A stretch of DNA of 64,000 bases, taken from Dehalococcoidia bacterium. Its GTDB lineage: Bacteria; Chloroflexota; Dehalococcoidia; Lucifugimonadales; UBA3495. The stretch lies in the NCBI GenBank assembly GCA_965262485.1, contig OZ253540.1, positions 2,452,711 through 2,516,710 on the forward strand. The letters are read 5' to 3'. This document shows positions 55,350 through 64,000 of this stretch, piece by piece. A model generated the notes under the pieces. That model saw nothing but the letters and a program-made list of their open reading frames with translations. It ran no database searches and was not told where the DNA came from. The position numbers and the translations under genes are program-made. Each line of letters starts with the position of its first letter. Positions within the stretch are counted from its first letter, which is position 1.

Positions 55350-55436
55350 ACGCCCCTCACCCCCGGCCCCTCTCCCACAAGGGGAGAGGGAGCGTTTTTA
55401 CCTGGATGAAAAGGATGGACCGGATGGACCGGATTT
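55350..55436. repeat. D-type repeat
   Basis: GCCCCTCACCCCCGGCCCCTCTCCCACAAGGGGAGAGGGAGCG...GGATGGACCGGATGGACCGGATTTTTGG. Confidence 0.75.
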
Positions 55437-55466
55437 TTGGCCGTGGTTTGCCATTGGAGGACGAGG

Positions 55467-56858
55467 CTACAATCTATTCCATTGCTCCAAGTACTCGGCG
55501 GCTTTAATTATTCGTTCAGAGTTGTCCTCAAATGCCCCGATGCCGGTATTGCATTTGCCACAAAGCAAGCCACGAATTATCCCGCTCTGATGGTTGTGGT
55601 CAACGTACAAGGAGTCGAGGTACTGTGCTTTTTGTATTCTTTTGTGTTCCTCCGGGCGCAAGCAAATCCAGCAGACTCCGTTTCTTTCTGACAGTAGCCA
55701 TTCGTATTGGTCGATAGTAATGCCGTACTGCTGCCTTAGGTTTTGGTTTTTTTGGCTCCTGAACTTCTTATCACGGCTCTGGGCTTCCCAATGCGGAATA
55801 TCAAATCTTGCGAAAATCTGCTCGTCCGGTAGTGCTGGGATGTCTCGCGGCTCTAGCCCTGGACTATTCAAATACTCCACAGCGGAGAGCATAAGCCCGG
55901 TGTTTTCCCCGAAATACCCCAGTCCGCTGTTGCATCCCGGACATAACAATCGCCTAACTTGGTTGGTATCATGGTCGTGGTCGATGAACAACTTTTTTTC
56001 TTGCCGGCAGATAGCGCATGACCCCTCTTGTTCAAGTTTCATGCGGTCACGTTCTGCCAGTGTTAACCCATACAGACTAATGAGTGATTGGTTTTTGAGA
56101 CGTTCCCTGTACTTCGGGTCGGTGCGGTAGCGCTCACGCAGCTTGTCATTCTGTTCGTCGCGCCACTCAGGATCGTTCGCGCGGCGCTTTTTGCTCCGCT
56201 GATTAGCTCTTTGTCTAGCCGCCGGCGTTCGCTGGTTATCAAGTATCTTCTGCCGGTGTTCCGGGTCGTTGTGATACCGGTGTTTCTGCTTGGCGTTTTC
56301 CGTTTCACGCCATTCAAGATCGTTAGCGCGACGGTCCTTCTCCCGCTGATTAGCTCTTTGTCTAGCCGCCGGCGTTCGCTGGTTATCAAGTATCTTCTGC
56401 CTGTGCTCAGGGTCGCTGTGATACCGGTCCCGCCTTTTGGAAAGTTCTTCCTCACGATATCCAGGCTCGTTGTGATAACGCTCCTTCCGTGCAGATAACG
56501 TCTGCTGGCGGTATTCGGTGTCATTGGCCCACCTTTCCCGTTTCGGGGCTGATAAACCTTCCCGATATTCTGGGTCGTTGCGATAGCGTTCCTGCCGCCG
56601 AGCATTTTGTGCATTACGCCATTCTGCGTCGTTGGCACGTCGCGCTTTCCCTCTTCGGTTTTTCTTTTCCAGAGCTTGGGGAGTCTGTTGTCTGGCCTTT
56701 ATTTTCTTCCTGAATTCAGGGGTCTCGGCGTACTTCTTGTTTTGTTGCGCCCTGGTACACTCTTTGCATGCCGAGTCGAAACGACCATTACGAAAATAGA
56801 AGTGATCCCTGTCCACAGATTTGATTTCGCCGCACTTGGTACAATTCTTGAACTTCAT
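55467..56858 (-). CDS. Zn-ribbon + 18-aa basic repeat array + tandem double endonuclease VII (HNH-like) protein
   Basis: GGAGGA-preceded ATG at 56858. CTKC...CKEC ribbon. About 10 x NDPE(Y/W/H)R-x8-RERY(R/H) repeats. Two full CxxC..DH(D/N)H..CxxCN modules. AT-richer than its flanks. Confidence 0.85.
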   Translation of the reverse strand: MKFKNCTKCGEIKSVDRDHFYFRNGRFDSACKECTRAQQNKKYAETPEFRKKIKARQQTPQALEKKNRRGKARRANDAEWRNAQNARRQERYRNDPEYREGLSAPKRERWANDTEYRQQTLSARKERYHNEPGYREEELSKRRDRYHSDPEHRQKILDNQRTPAARQRANQREKDRRANDLEWRETENAKQKHRYHNDPEHRQKILDNQRTPAARQRANQRSKKRRANDPEWRDEQNDKLRERYRTDPKYRERLKNQSLISLYGLTLAERDRMKLEQEGSCAICRQEKKLFIDHDHDTNQVRRLLCPGCNSGLGYFGENTGLMLSAVEYLNSPGLEPRDIPALPDEQIFARFDIPHWEAQSRDKKFRSQKNQNLRQQYGITIDQYEWLLSERNGVCWICLRPEEHKRIQKAQYLDSLYVDHNHQSGIIRGLLCGKCNTGIGAFEDNSERIIKAAEYLEQWNRL

Positions 56859-56931
56859 GGTTCCTCCAAAAGAACGCGAAATGCCCCCGTCGGCACCAGC
56901 CAACAGGGGCTACATTTCTTGAGGAGGAAGC

Positions 56932-57393
56932 CTATTCGAGACGCGGGGTGGCGCCAGATAATGCGGCCGGCGTGTATTGAACTCGCCGGAGATGGCTGGC
57001 AACCAGTAGAATGCTCCCTACTGTTGATAAGCCGCTGAGAATGCGGGCGGCGCCTTTGACCAATAGTGTGGAAAGACGCAATCGGAAACGCAGCGCCCAC
57101 GCTGATGGCTCTTGAGGAAAAGTAAGTGCTTTTGCCCAAAAGAGGCACCATTGTCCGGAAGCTGCGACAGTGGCAAAGACGGCTGCTAATACTCCTAGCC
57201 AAAATAGCGATTGTGCGGCCGGGGCCGCAACATCGAGAGCAAAGTCCAGCGGCGGCAAGCCACACAGGGCCGATACCAGTGCAACCACGCCACAGGCGGT
57301 CAGAAGGAATCCTCCAAAATACAGCGTGGTCTGGATGGCGAGCTGACGGGCTGCGAACCCTGAAAGCCGGCAGGTGTGAGAGACGGCATTCAT
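56932..57393 (-). CDS. Hypothetical membrane protein (about 4 TM)
   Basis: 153-aa ORF with hydrophobic stretches, upstream of and co-oriented with the endo VII gene. No homology recognised. Confidence 0.4.
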   Translation of the reverse strand: MNAVSHTCRLSGFAARQLAIQTTLYFGGFLLTACGVVALVSALCGLPPLDFALDVAAPAAQSLFWLGVLAAVFATVAASGQWCLFWAKALTFPQEPSAWALRFRLRLSTLLVKGAARILSGLSTVGSILLVASHLRRVQYTPAALSGATPRLE

Positions 57394-57429
57394 AAGGCTA
57401 ACTTAACATAGTCTTGCACAGTCGTCCAC

Positions 57430-58330
57430 ATACTCTATCAGCTTGGAAAATCGCATAGCAATGACGGGGGCGTCCTTCGACGGGCTCAGGATGAGCCTTC
57501 GAAAGGCTGTGGAGAGGCGGTGGAGGGGACGGGTTTTTACCTGGATGAACCGGATGAACGGGATGGACAGGATTTTTGGGTGGGGATGTTGGGGATGGCG
57601 GTTCCTTTTGGTCAGGCGGTGATGATGGTGGTCGGGTGGTGAGTTTGCGTCGTGTTGTGGGTGGTCAGGCGGTGGTTGGTGGTTGGTTGGGTTTCGCCAG
57701 AGGTTTCGGGTCGTTGTCAGCATACGGCCGGTGGGTACGCAAAGGTGTTTAGCCCCTGATTCCGTTCACTGTGACGGGGCCGGTGAGGGCCGGGTCGCAG
57801 CACGCAGCGTAGTGGCGTCCGCTGTGACGGGTCCGACCGGGGCGTTGAAGCAATACACGCCTGCGGTCTGACTTGCGCCGATTTGCGATTTTTGCTGACG
57901 GGATGGCCGTCGACCTGAAACCTCTGGCGGAGGTGTGGCTGGTTGGAATTGATTGACGAGTTTTAACCTGACAGGGTTGATGATAGGGGAGTGATTTACG
58001 AGGGCGCAAGGGGGTGGGTGTCAGTGGGGACGGGAATACGGGTTTTACATCGATGGACAGGATGGACAGGATTTTTGGTGTTACGTGTAACGGGATTGCC
58101 ACGTGGTTCGACAGGCTCACCATGAGCGGCTGGGCTGCTCGCGATGGCATGAGGTTGCGATTTTCACCCTCACCCCCGTATCAAGTACGGGGCAGGCTCC
58201 AACCCTCTCCCATCGAGGGAGAGGGGGCTGCCGTTTTACATCGATGGACAGGATGGACAGGATTTAGAGCGGGGTGGCGGGGGTGGGTTAATTGACATGG
58301 CCGGCGGCGTCGCCGTAGAATTGCGTCCGC
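57430..58330. repeat. About 0.9 kb of non-coding DNA made largely of stacked repeat units (D-type, FDRLTMSG-type, CCCCGTATCAAGTACGGGG hairpin)
   Basis: Units recognisable at 57470-57585, 58030-58075, 58100-58135, 58170-58200 and 58200-58270. The central 57600-58000 is unassigned. Confidence 0.6.
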
Positions 58331-58414
58331 TACACGTTGGGGTTGCAATCGACCGGATGTAGTCTGAATTTGAATATGCTCTTTCCACACGCCCCATGAA
58401 AGGAGGCGCCAATC

Positions 58415-58651
58415 ATGGCTACAAAAGCCTTTTTGCTGGTAGAAACCGCGGTCGGTCGAACCAGAGACGTTGCCAACACGCTGCGTGATCTGGATGGGAT
58501 CGAGTCAGTGGACGTGGTAACCGGCCCTTACGACATCATCGCCGTAATTTCCGGCGACGACATGTCGGTTGTCGGCGGGCTGGTAACGGAAAAAATCCAC
58601 ACGGTTGTCGGAGTGGTACGCACCGTTACCTGCGTGGCAGTGGACGCTTGA
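58415..58651 (+). CDS. Stand-alone Lrp/AsnC ligand-binding (RAM) domain protein
   Basis: 78 aa. AF.L(V/I)....G.......L......V.....TG.YD... is the typical pattern. AAAGGAGG SD. Confidence 0.8.
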   Translation: MATKAFLLVETAVGRTRDVANTLRDLDGIESVDVVTGPYDIIAVISGDDMSVVGGLVTEKIHTVVGVVRTVTCVAVDA

Positions 58652-58698
58652 TCCCGGGTTTCAGGATGACCAATTGATCGCGTTAGTGGGAGGTCCTG

Positions 58699-59874
58699 GT
58701 GGAGTATCGCTTCACTCCGGGCGACGATAGTTTTCGCCGTGAGTTACGCCGGTTTATAGAGGACGAACTACCCCCCGGTTGGGAGGGCGGCGGCCGCTGG
58801 CCGGAGGAATACGACTGGGACTTTACGATGCAGATGCGGGGGCGTCTGGCGGACCGGGGCTGGCTGACAATGCACTGGCCCGAGGAGTACGGTGGCCAGG
58901 ATGCTTCGCCGGTTCGGTCGGCAATCTACAACGAAGAACTGGCCTACCTGCGAGCGCCGGGGCGGGATATTTTCGGTGTGCGGATGCTTGGCCCAACGTT
59001 GATGATTCACGGCAGCGACGAACAGAAACAGACGCACCTGCCGTCCATAGCGAAGGGTGAAATCCAGTGGTGCCAGGGTTACAGCGAGCCGGAATCGGGG
59101 TCGGATCTGGCCTCGCTGAGCACACGAGCGGTGCGCGACGGCGACGATTACATCATCAACGGGGCCAAAATCTGGACCACGCTGGCGCACCGGTCGGACT
59201 GGATAATGTGCCTGGCCCGTACCGATCCGGAGGCGCCCCGCCACCGTGGGATCAGCTTTATCCTGGTGGACATGAAATCACCGGGGATAGAGGTGCGCCC
59301 GGTGATAAACATGGCCGGCGGGCATGAGTTCAATCAGGTGATTTTCGACAACGTGCGAGTGCCCGGCAGCAACGTGGTTGGCGAGGAAAACCGGGGCTGG
59401 TACGTGGCGGTTACGCTGCTGGACTTCGAGCGGTCCGGCATCGACTACTCGGCGATTGCGCGGCGATTGCTGGACGATACCCGGGAATATGCCGGTGAGA
59501 TGTCACGTAACGGGAGCAATATCACCGACGTTCCGTGGGTGCGCAATCTGTTTGCCGACCGGTATGTCGAGTGCGAAGTGGCGCGTCTGATGGCGTACAA
59601 CGTGGCGTGGATGCAGGGCGAAGGGCTGGTGCCGAACAAGGAAGCATCCATGAGCAAGGCTTTCGGCAGTGAAACGCTGCACCGTTCGGCGAACAGCGTG
59701 CTGGAGATCGTGGGGATGCCGGGAGCGTTGGGTCGCAATGAATCGCGGGCGCCGCTGAAGGGAAGACTGCCCGAGAACTGGATGATCAGTTTTTCGCACC
59801 AGATTGCCGGCGGTACGTCGGAAGTGCAACGGGGGATCGTGGCCGGCCGGGGGCTGGGCCTGCCCCGAGGTTAA
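58699..59874 (+). CDS. Acyl-CoA dehydrogenase family protein
   Basis: ...QGYSEPE(S/A)GSDLAS..T.A..DGD.Y.ING.K.W(T/I)(T/S).A......EVQR..I. GTG start after GGGAGG. Confidence 0.9.
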   Translation: MEYRFTPGDDSFRRELRRFIEDELPPGWEGGGRWPEEYDWDFTMQMRGRLADRGWLTMHWPEEYGGQDASPVRSAIYNEELAYLRAPGRDIFGVRMLGPTLMIHGSDEQKQTHLPSIAKGEIQWCQGYSEPESGSDLASLSTRAVRDGDDYIINGAKIWTTLAHRSDWIMCLARTDPEAPRHRGISFILVDMKSPGIEVRPVINMAGGHEFNQVIFDNVRVPGSNVVGEENRGWYVAVTLLDFERSGIDYSAIARRLLDDTREYAGEMSRNGSNITDVPWVRNLFADRYVECEVARLMAYNVAWMQGEGLVPNKEASMSKAFGSETLHRSANSVLEIVGMPGALGRNESRAPLKGRLPENWMISFSHQIAGGTSEVQRGIVAGRGLGLPRG

Positions 59875-59886
59875 TCGCGGATGCCG

Positions 59887-60228
59887 TCATGCCGCCAGCC
59901 GGGAGAACACTTCGATCTCCGATGCGGTCAGTTCCCGGATGGCGTTGCGACAGCGCTGCTGGACGCGGAAAACGGTGCGCTTGGTGACCGAGAACCGGGC
60001 GGCCGCATCCTCGATTGACAAATCTTCGCGTTCTATGATGGACATAATGCGCAGGTCGCGGGCCATGCGGCGATATTTGGAGTACCAGACCATATCGTCA
60101 AACTTGCAGCGGGGAAGGGGGCACTCCAGGCAAACGGGGGCAACCTCGCACCCCGTATCCTCGTAGTGTTCGAGCCCTGGCTCGAGTAAATCGTCGCGGC
60201 GTGGAGCAACAGTAGTACTGGCAAACAT
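59887..60228 (-). CDS. Small Cys-rich protein with C-terminal sigma-70 region-4-like HTH
   Basis: C-x6-C-x2-C-x4-C, then ...LSIEDAAARFSVTKRTVFRVQQRC... The ATG at 60228 is preceded by GGAGAA. Confidence 0.55.
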   Translation of the reverse strand: MFASTTVAPRRDDLLEPGLEHYEDTGCEVAPVCLECPLPRCKFDDMVWYSKYRRMARDLRIMSIIEREDLSIEDAAARFSVTKRTVFRVQQRCRNAIRELTASEIEVFSRLAA

Positions 60229-60363
60229 GGCATTTCTCCGGAACGTGTGTTCTAATCTATGTCGATTATAGAACTGGCGTTCGGAGAACGTCAACGCAAT
60301 TCAGAACAAATTATCGTAATTTTCGACGATGCAATGACAGGGCGGTACGGCCCTCACCCCCGG

Positions 60364-61695
60364 CTGACAGGGGTAGGTATGGGCTGAAATCGGGTTGCGA
60401 CATAGCTTGGGAAGGCGCACCGCCATCCAGCATCTTGGTTGTGACACGACCAGATGCAGGAGACCCTCGATGCGCCTTCCCAAAGAATGCTATCAGATGC
60501 AAAAAACGATTGAAACGCATTTACCTCACCTCTCCCAGCCACAATTGACCGGCTTGGCGCTGTGGGTCTGCGGGGCCATCCTCGCCGGCAGCGCCTGCCA
60601 GAACGCCGTGGCCTCCGCCCTCTCGCCCGGGAGCAACTGGTACAACCTGCGCCAGCGCCTCAGGGAGTGGCTCTACGACGGCGGCGACCGCGCGACTCCC
60701 TGCCAGACCGAGCTGGACGTAACTCTCTGCTTCGCGCCACTGCTGCGGTGGGTCCTCACCTGGTGGCGGTCGGGCGGCCTGGCTTTGGCCATCGACCCAA
60801 CCCTCAAAGGGGACCAGACCACCGCCATCGTCATCAGCGTGCTCTACCGCAGTTGCGCCATCCCCGTGGCCTGGCACATCCGGCACGCCGACCAGCCCGG
60901 CTCCTGGATGGACCCCACCGTGGAACTGCTGCAAGCCTTGGCCCCAGCGGTTCCCGAGAATATGACCGTCATCGTGCTCTGCGACCGGGGCATCGCCAGT
61001 CCCAAGCTGTGGCAGCAGATACGGGATCAAGGCTGGCATCCCGGTATGCGCTACCGAAAGAACATCACTTTCTGCGCCGACGGCGGCAAACGATTGCCCG
61101 CCCAGCGCTTCGTCTCCCGTCCCGATACGGCGTGGATTGGCCGCGGCACCGCCTTCAGCACCCCCAAGGCCAAGCGACGTTGCACCCTGCTGGTGGTCTG
61201 GTACTCCGAGCAGGAGGAGCCCTGGATCATCCTCACCGACCTGGCACCCGATCAGGTGGGTCCCAGTTGGTACGCCTTGCGCTTCTGGATCGAGCTGGGC
61301 TTCAAGGCCCTCAAGAGCCTGGGCTGGAAGTGGGACCAGACCCGCCGCACCGACCCCACCCGCGTCTCCCGCCACTGGCTGGTGCTGTCGGTGGCTACCC
61401 TGCTGGCCCTGGCCTACGGCACCAGGGTGGAAGACGCCCAGGAGCGCAGTATCGCCCCAGGCAACCTGCGGGCGCCGCCCAAGGACTTGGCTCCCAATCA
61501 CCGTGACTCCCGTAGCCGTCCGGCGCGCACCGTGAGCGTGATCCGCCACGGCATCGACTGGCTCCGGCGCTTGCTGATCAAGGGCCGCCTCTGGAGCCGC
61601 GTCTGGCTGCTGCCCGAACCCTGGCCACAACCCAAGCCCGACCTGGAGATTACTCGCCATGTCCCACCGTAAAAACCCATACCTACCCCTGTCAG
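60364..61695 (+). mobile_element. IS4-family insertion sequence, copy 2 (full length, 1332 bp) with 11-bp TSD
   Basis: Same 20-bp IRs as copy 1. The direct repeat CTCACCCCCGG lies at 60353-60363 and 61696-61706. It is inserted into a D-type repeat. Confidence 0.92.
60496..61672 (+). CDS. IS4-family DDE transposase (full length)
   Basis: As for 11383..12453 but with the extra 35 residues. YREK signature present. Confidence 0.9.
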
Positions 61696-61775
61696 CTCAC
61701 CCCCGGCCCCTCTCCCGCCGGGAGAGGGGGTTCACCCTCACCCCAACCCTCTCCCATCAAGGGAGAGGGGGATTG
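61696..61775. repeat. D-type repeat (target of the IS4 insertion); also encodes the last residues of RuvX
   Basis: CTCACCCCCGGCCCCTCTCCCGCCGGGAGAGGGGG..CCCTCACCCCAACCCTCTCCCATCAAGGGAGAGGGGG. Confidence 0.75.
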
Positions 61776-62170
61776 GGGTTTATGAAACGACGCAGGATGG
61801 CGGCGGCTGCGCCAGCGTCAACGGCTCCCGGCTCCCGGCTGGGTCTGCGCCCGGAGGCTCGGAGTTCGGCCTCGGCGGACGAAGACGTGAACGCTTCATC
61901 CTGAACGAACACGGGGACGGAGGCGGAGCGTTCCAGGGCGCGCACCACCGACTGAATCTTGCGGGCCTGCTGGCCGGGCCGGCCCTGAGCATCGTAGGGC
62001 ATGCCCACCACGATGGCCACCGCCTGACGCTGGGAGACCGCTTCAAGGATGCTGGCTATGTCCGACCGCAGGTTGCGCCGGTCAATGTGGCCGGCCGGGA
62101 GAACCAGGGAGCCGGGAGGGATGCTGACGGCCACACCGATGCGGCGGTCACCAACATCGAGGCCGATCAG
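61757..62170 (-). CDS. ruvX: Holliday-junction resolvase-like RuvX/YqgF; the start is probably a non-canonical CTG
   Basis: (L/M)IGLDVGDRRIGVAVS...VVGMP....G......Q....F...L. The track starts at GTG 62134, which would delete the conserved LDVGD. No ATG/GTG/TTG exists upstream in frame. Confidence 0.7.
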   Translation of the reverse strand: MIGLDVGDRRIGVAVSIPPGSLVLPAGHIDRRNLRSDIASILEAVSQRQAVAIVVGMPYDAQGRPGQQARKIQSVVRALERSASVPVFVQDEAFTSSSAEAELRASGRRPSREPGAVDAGAAAAILRRFINPNPPLP

Positions 62171-62211
62171 GCGACCGGATTCAGCCAGACTTGCTGCGTC
62201 GGCCGGGGTGG

Positions 62212-64000
62212 TCAGTGGGCCAACTCCGTGCGGATGAGATTGGATACAGCATCAAGGGCAGCGCCGAGCCGATCCGGCTGGCGACCCCCGGCCTGGGCCG
62301 CATCCGGGCGTCCACCACCGCCGCCGCCCATGATTTTGGCGGCGTCGCGGGCGATGTTCCCGGCGTGGAGGCCGCGGTCAACCAGATCCGGCGTTATCAT
62401 GGTGACTATAACCGGAGAGCCATTGATGACCGCGCCCAGGGCGACGAACACGCTGTCCAGTTTTTGCTTGAGGTAGTCGCCCATTTCGCGCATGGCTTCG
62501 ACGTTGTGGGCCGATGTGGCGCTGGCGACCAGATTGACGCCGTCCACATCGCGAACACGGCCCAGCAGTGTTTCGGCTTCGGAGCGCAGGCCGGAGCGTT
62601 CCGCATCGGCCAGGCGGCGGCGCAGGGTGTCGGTATCCGCCATGTAGGCGTCGAGGCGGGCTTCCAGCTCGTGGACGGGGGCCTGCAGCTTTTGCGAGAT
62701 TGCCTGCAGGGTGGCGGCCTGCTGAACAAACAGCTCCTCGGCGGCGCGGCCCGTCATGGCTTCGATGCGCCGCATACCGCCGCCGATGCTGGACTCGCCC
62801 AGGACCACAAGGGTGCCGACCTGTCCGGTGGCGTGGACGTGGGTGCCGCCGCAAACCTCGAAACTGAAGGGCTCCGGCTCCTCGTGGCCGGCCATGCGGA
62901 CGACGCGGACGACATCGCCGTAGCGGTCGCCGAAGAAAGCGAGGGCGCCATCGCGGACGGCGTCGGAGTAGGTTGTTTCGTGGGAGGTTACGGCGAGATT
63001 GTCGCGAATCCTGCGGTTGGCCAGGTTCTGGACGGACAGTTGCTCGTCGGGAGTGAGGGGGCCGACGTGGTTGAAGTCAAAGCGGAGGCGTCCGGGGGCG
63101 CACCGGGAGCCGGCCTGCCGGACGTGAGAACCCAGCGCCGACCGCAGGGATGCGTGGAGGAGGTGGGTGCCACTGTGGTTGCGGGAGGAGTCGAGGCGGC
63201 GGTCGAGGTCCACGGCGGCGGTTACCGAATCGCCGAGGGTGAGGTCGCCATCGGAGACGACGCCGCGATGGACGATGAGGCCGGCGACGGGGCTCTGGGT
63301 GTCCTCGACGCGCAGGCGGCCGTTGGGTCCGGTGATGACGCCGTGGTCGCCGACCTGTCCGCCGCCCTCGGCGTAGAAGCAGGTTTCGGCGAGGACGATC
63401 TCGACCTGCTGGCCGCGGGAGGCGTGACCGACGGCTTCGCCATCGCGCAGGATGCCGACGATGCGGGATTCGATGGAGGTGAGGTCGTAGCCGGTGAAGG
63501 GGGTGCTGCCGGCGCCGAGGTTCTCGTAGGCGGTGACGATTTCCATGCTGCCGGTGACCTGATGACCGGCGCGGTCACGGATGCGCTTGGCGTCCATCTC
63601 GGCGTTGAAGCCGTCCATGTCGACGGTGAGGCCGTACTCGCGTTGAGCGATTTCGGCGGTGAGTTCGGGGGGAAAGCCGTAGGTGTCGTAGAGGAGGAAC
63701 GCATCGTTGCCGGAAAAGATTTCATCTTCCGGAATTGCAGCCCCTGCTATCACGCGGCTGCGTTCAATCACACGAGAACGTTCGATCACATCACTAAGAA
63801 TGTTCAAACCACGCTCGAACGTTAGCGCAAAGCGTTCTTCTTCGATGGCGATTACGCGCTGGATGAAGTCGCGGTTTTCGGCGAGGGCCGGGTAGGCGGC
63901 GGAGAAGCGGTCCGTGACGGCGGCGGTTACGTTGGTCATAAATGCCTGTTCGAGTCCGAGCTGGCGGCCGTAGCGGATGGCGCGACGGATGATGCGTCGC
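62212..64000 (-). CDS. alaS: Alanine--tRNA ligase (C-terminal two thirds; gene continues past the window end)
   Basis: ...FLLYDTYGFP.ELT.EIA... , H..H...HLLH.ALR..LG.HV.Q.GS , C-terminal GGG(G/K) DHHA1 region. Confidence 0.93.
   Translation of the reverse strand, partial: RRIIRRAIRYGRQLGLEQAFMTNVTAAVTDRFSAAYPALAENRDFIQRVIAIEEERFALTFERGLNILSDVIERSRVIERSRVIAGAAIPEDEIFSGNDAFLLYDTYGFPPELTAEIAQREYGLTVDMDGFNAEMDAKRIRDRAGHQVTGSMEIVTAYENLGAGSTPFTGYDLTSIESRIVGILRDGEAVGHASRGQQVEIVLAETCFYAEGGGQVGDHGVITGPNGRLRVEDTQSPVAGLIVHRGVVSDGDLTLGDSVTAAVDLDRRLDSSRNHSGTHLLHASLRSALGSHVRQAGSRCAPGRLRFDFNHVGPLTPDEQLSVQNLANRRIRDNLAVTSHETTYSDAVRDGALAFFGDRYGDVVRVVRMAGHEEPEPFSFEVCGGTHVHATGQVGTLVVLGESSIGGGMRRIEAMTGRAAEELFVQQAATLQAISQKLQAPVHELEARLDAYMADTDTLRRRLADAERSGLRSEAETLLGRVRDVDGVNLVASATSAHNVEAMREMGDYLKQKLDSVFVALGAVINGSPVIVTMITPDLVDRGLHAGNIARDAAKIMGGGGGGRPDAAQAGGRQPDRLGAALDAVSNLIRTELAH

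Overview
This is a 64-kb GC-rich bacterial chromosomal segment. The repeat families and gene content look Chloroflexota-like, but that is inference only.

The backbone is housekeeping and metabolic: gyrA, pyrF, galU, alaS (partial), ruvX, tRNA-Ala, two moeA paralogs, thiolase, acyl-CoA dehydrogenase, CoA-transferase, an amidase with a GatC-like partner, an S9 peptidase, two MFS transporters, and a GT-C/flippase-like/FAD-oxidoreductase envelope cluster.

The segment is heavily colonised by mobile DNA:
- two IS4-family copies, one with an in-frame 105-bp deletion
- two apparently identical ISAs1-family copies
- one IS5-family element
- two ISAs1-derived MITEs with 10-bp target duplications
- several TA-flanked MITEs
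- at least two more hairpin repeat families; together these fill almost every intergenic gap

Main points worth a second look:
1. A UGSC-family selenoprotein whose in-frame UGA makes ORF callers split it (42..605).
2. A 463-aa protein with a Zn-ribbon, about ten 18-residue basic NDPEYR repeats and two complete endonuclease-VII modules, sitting in an AT-richer islet (55467..56858).
3. A roughly 1547-aa secreted LRR/Calx-beta/FN3/PKD-like adhesin cut precisely in two by the IS5 element, with an IS4 end and a C23 tract right at its start.
4. A low-GC type II R-M system whose endonuclease gene carries both a MITE and an ISAs1 insertion while the methyltransferase stays intact.
5. A lipoprotein built from 12 near-identical plant-type LRRs.
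6. Several decayed genes: a GNAT, a Grx-TrxR fusion, and a catalytically dead GATase1.

No CRISPR array, rRNA, reverse transcriptase or integrase was seen.
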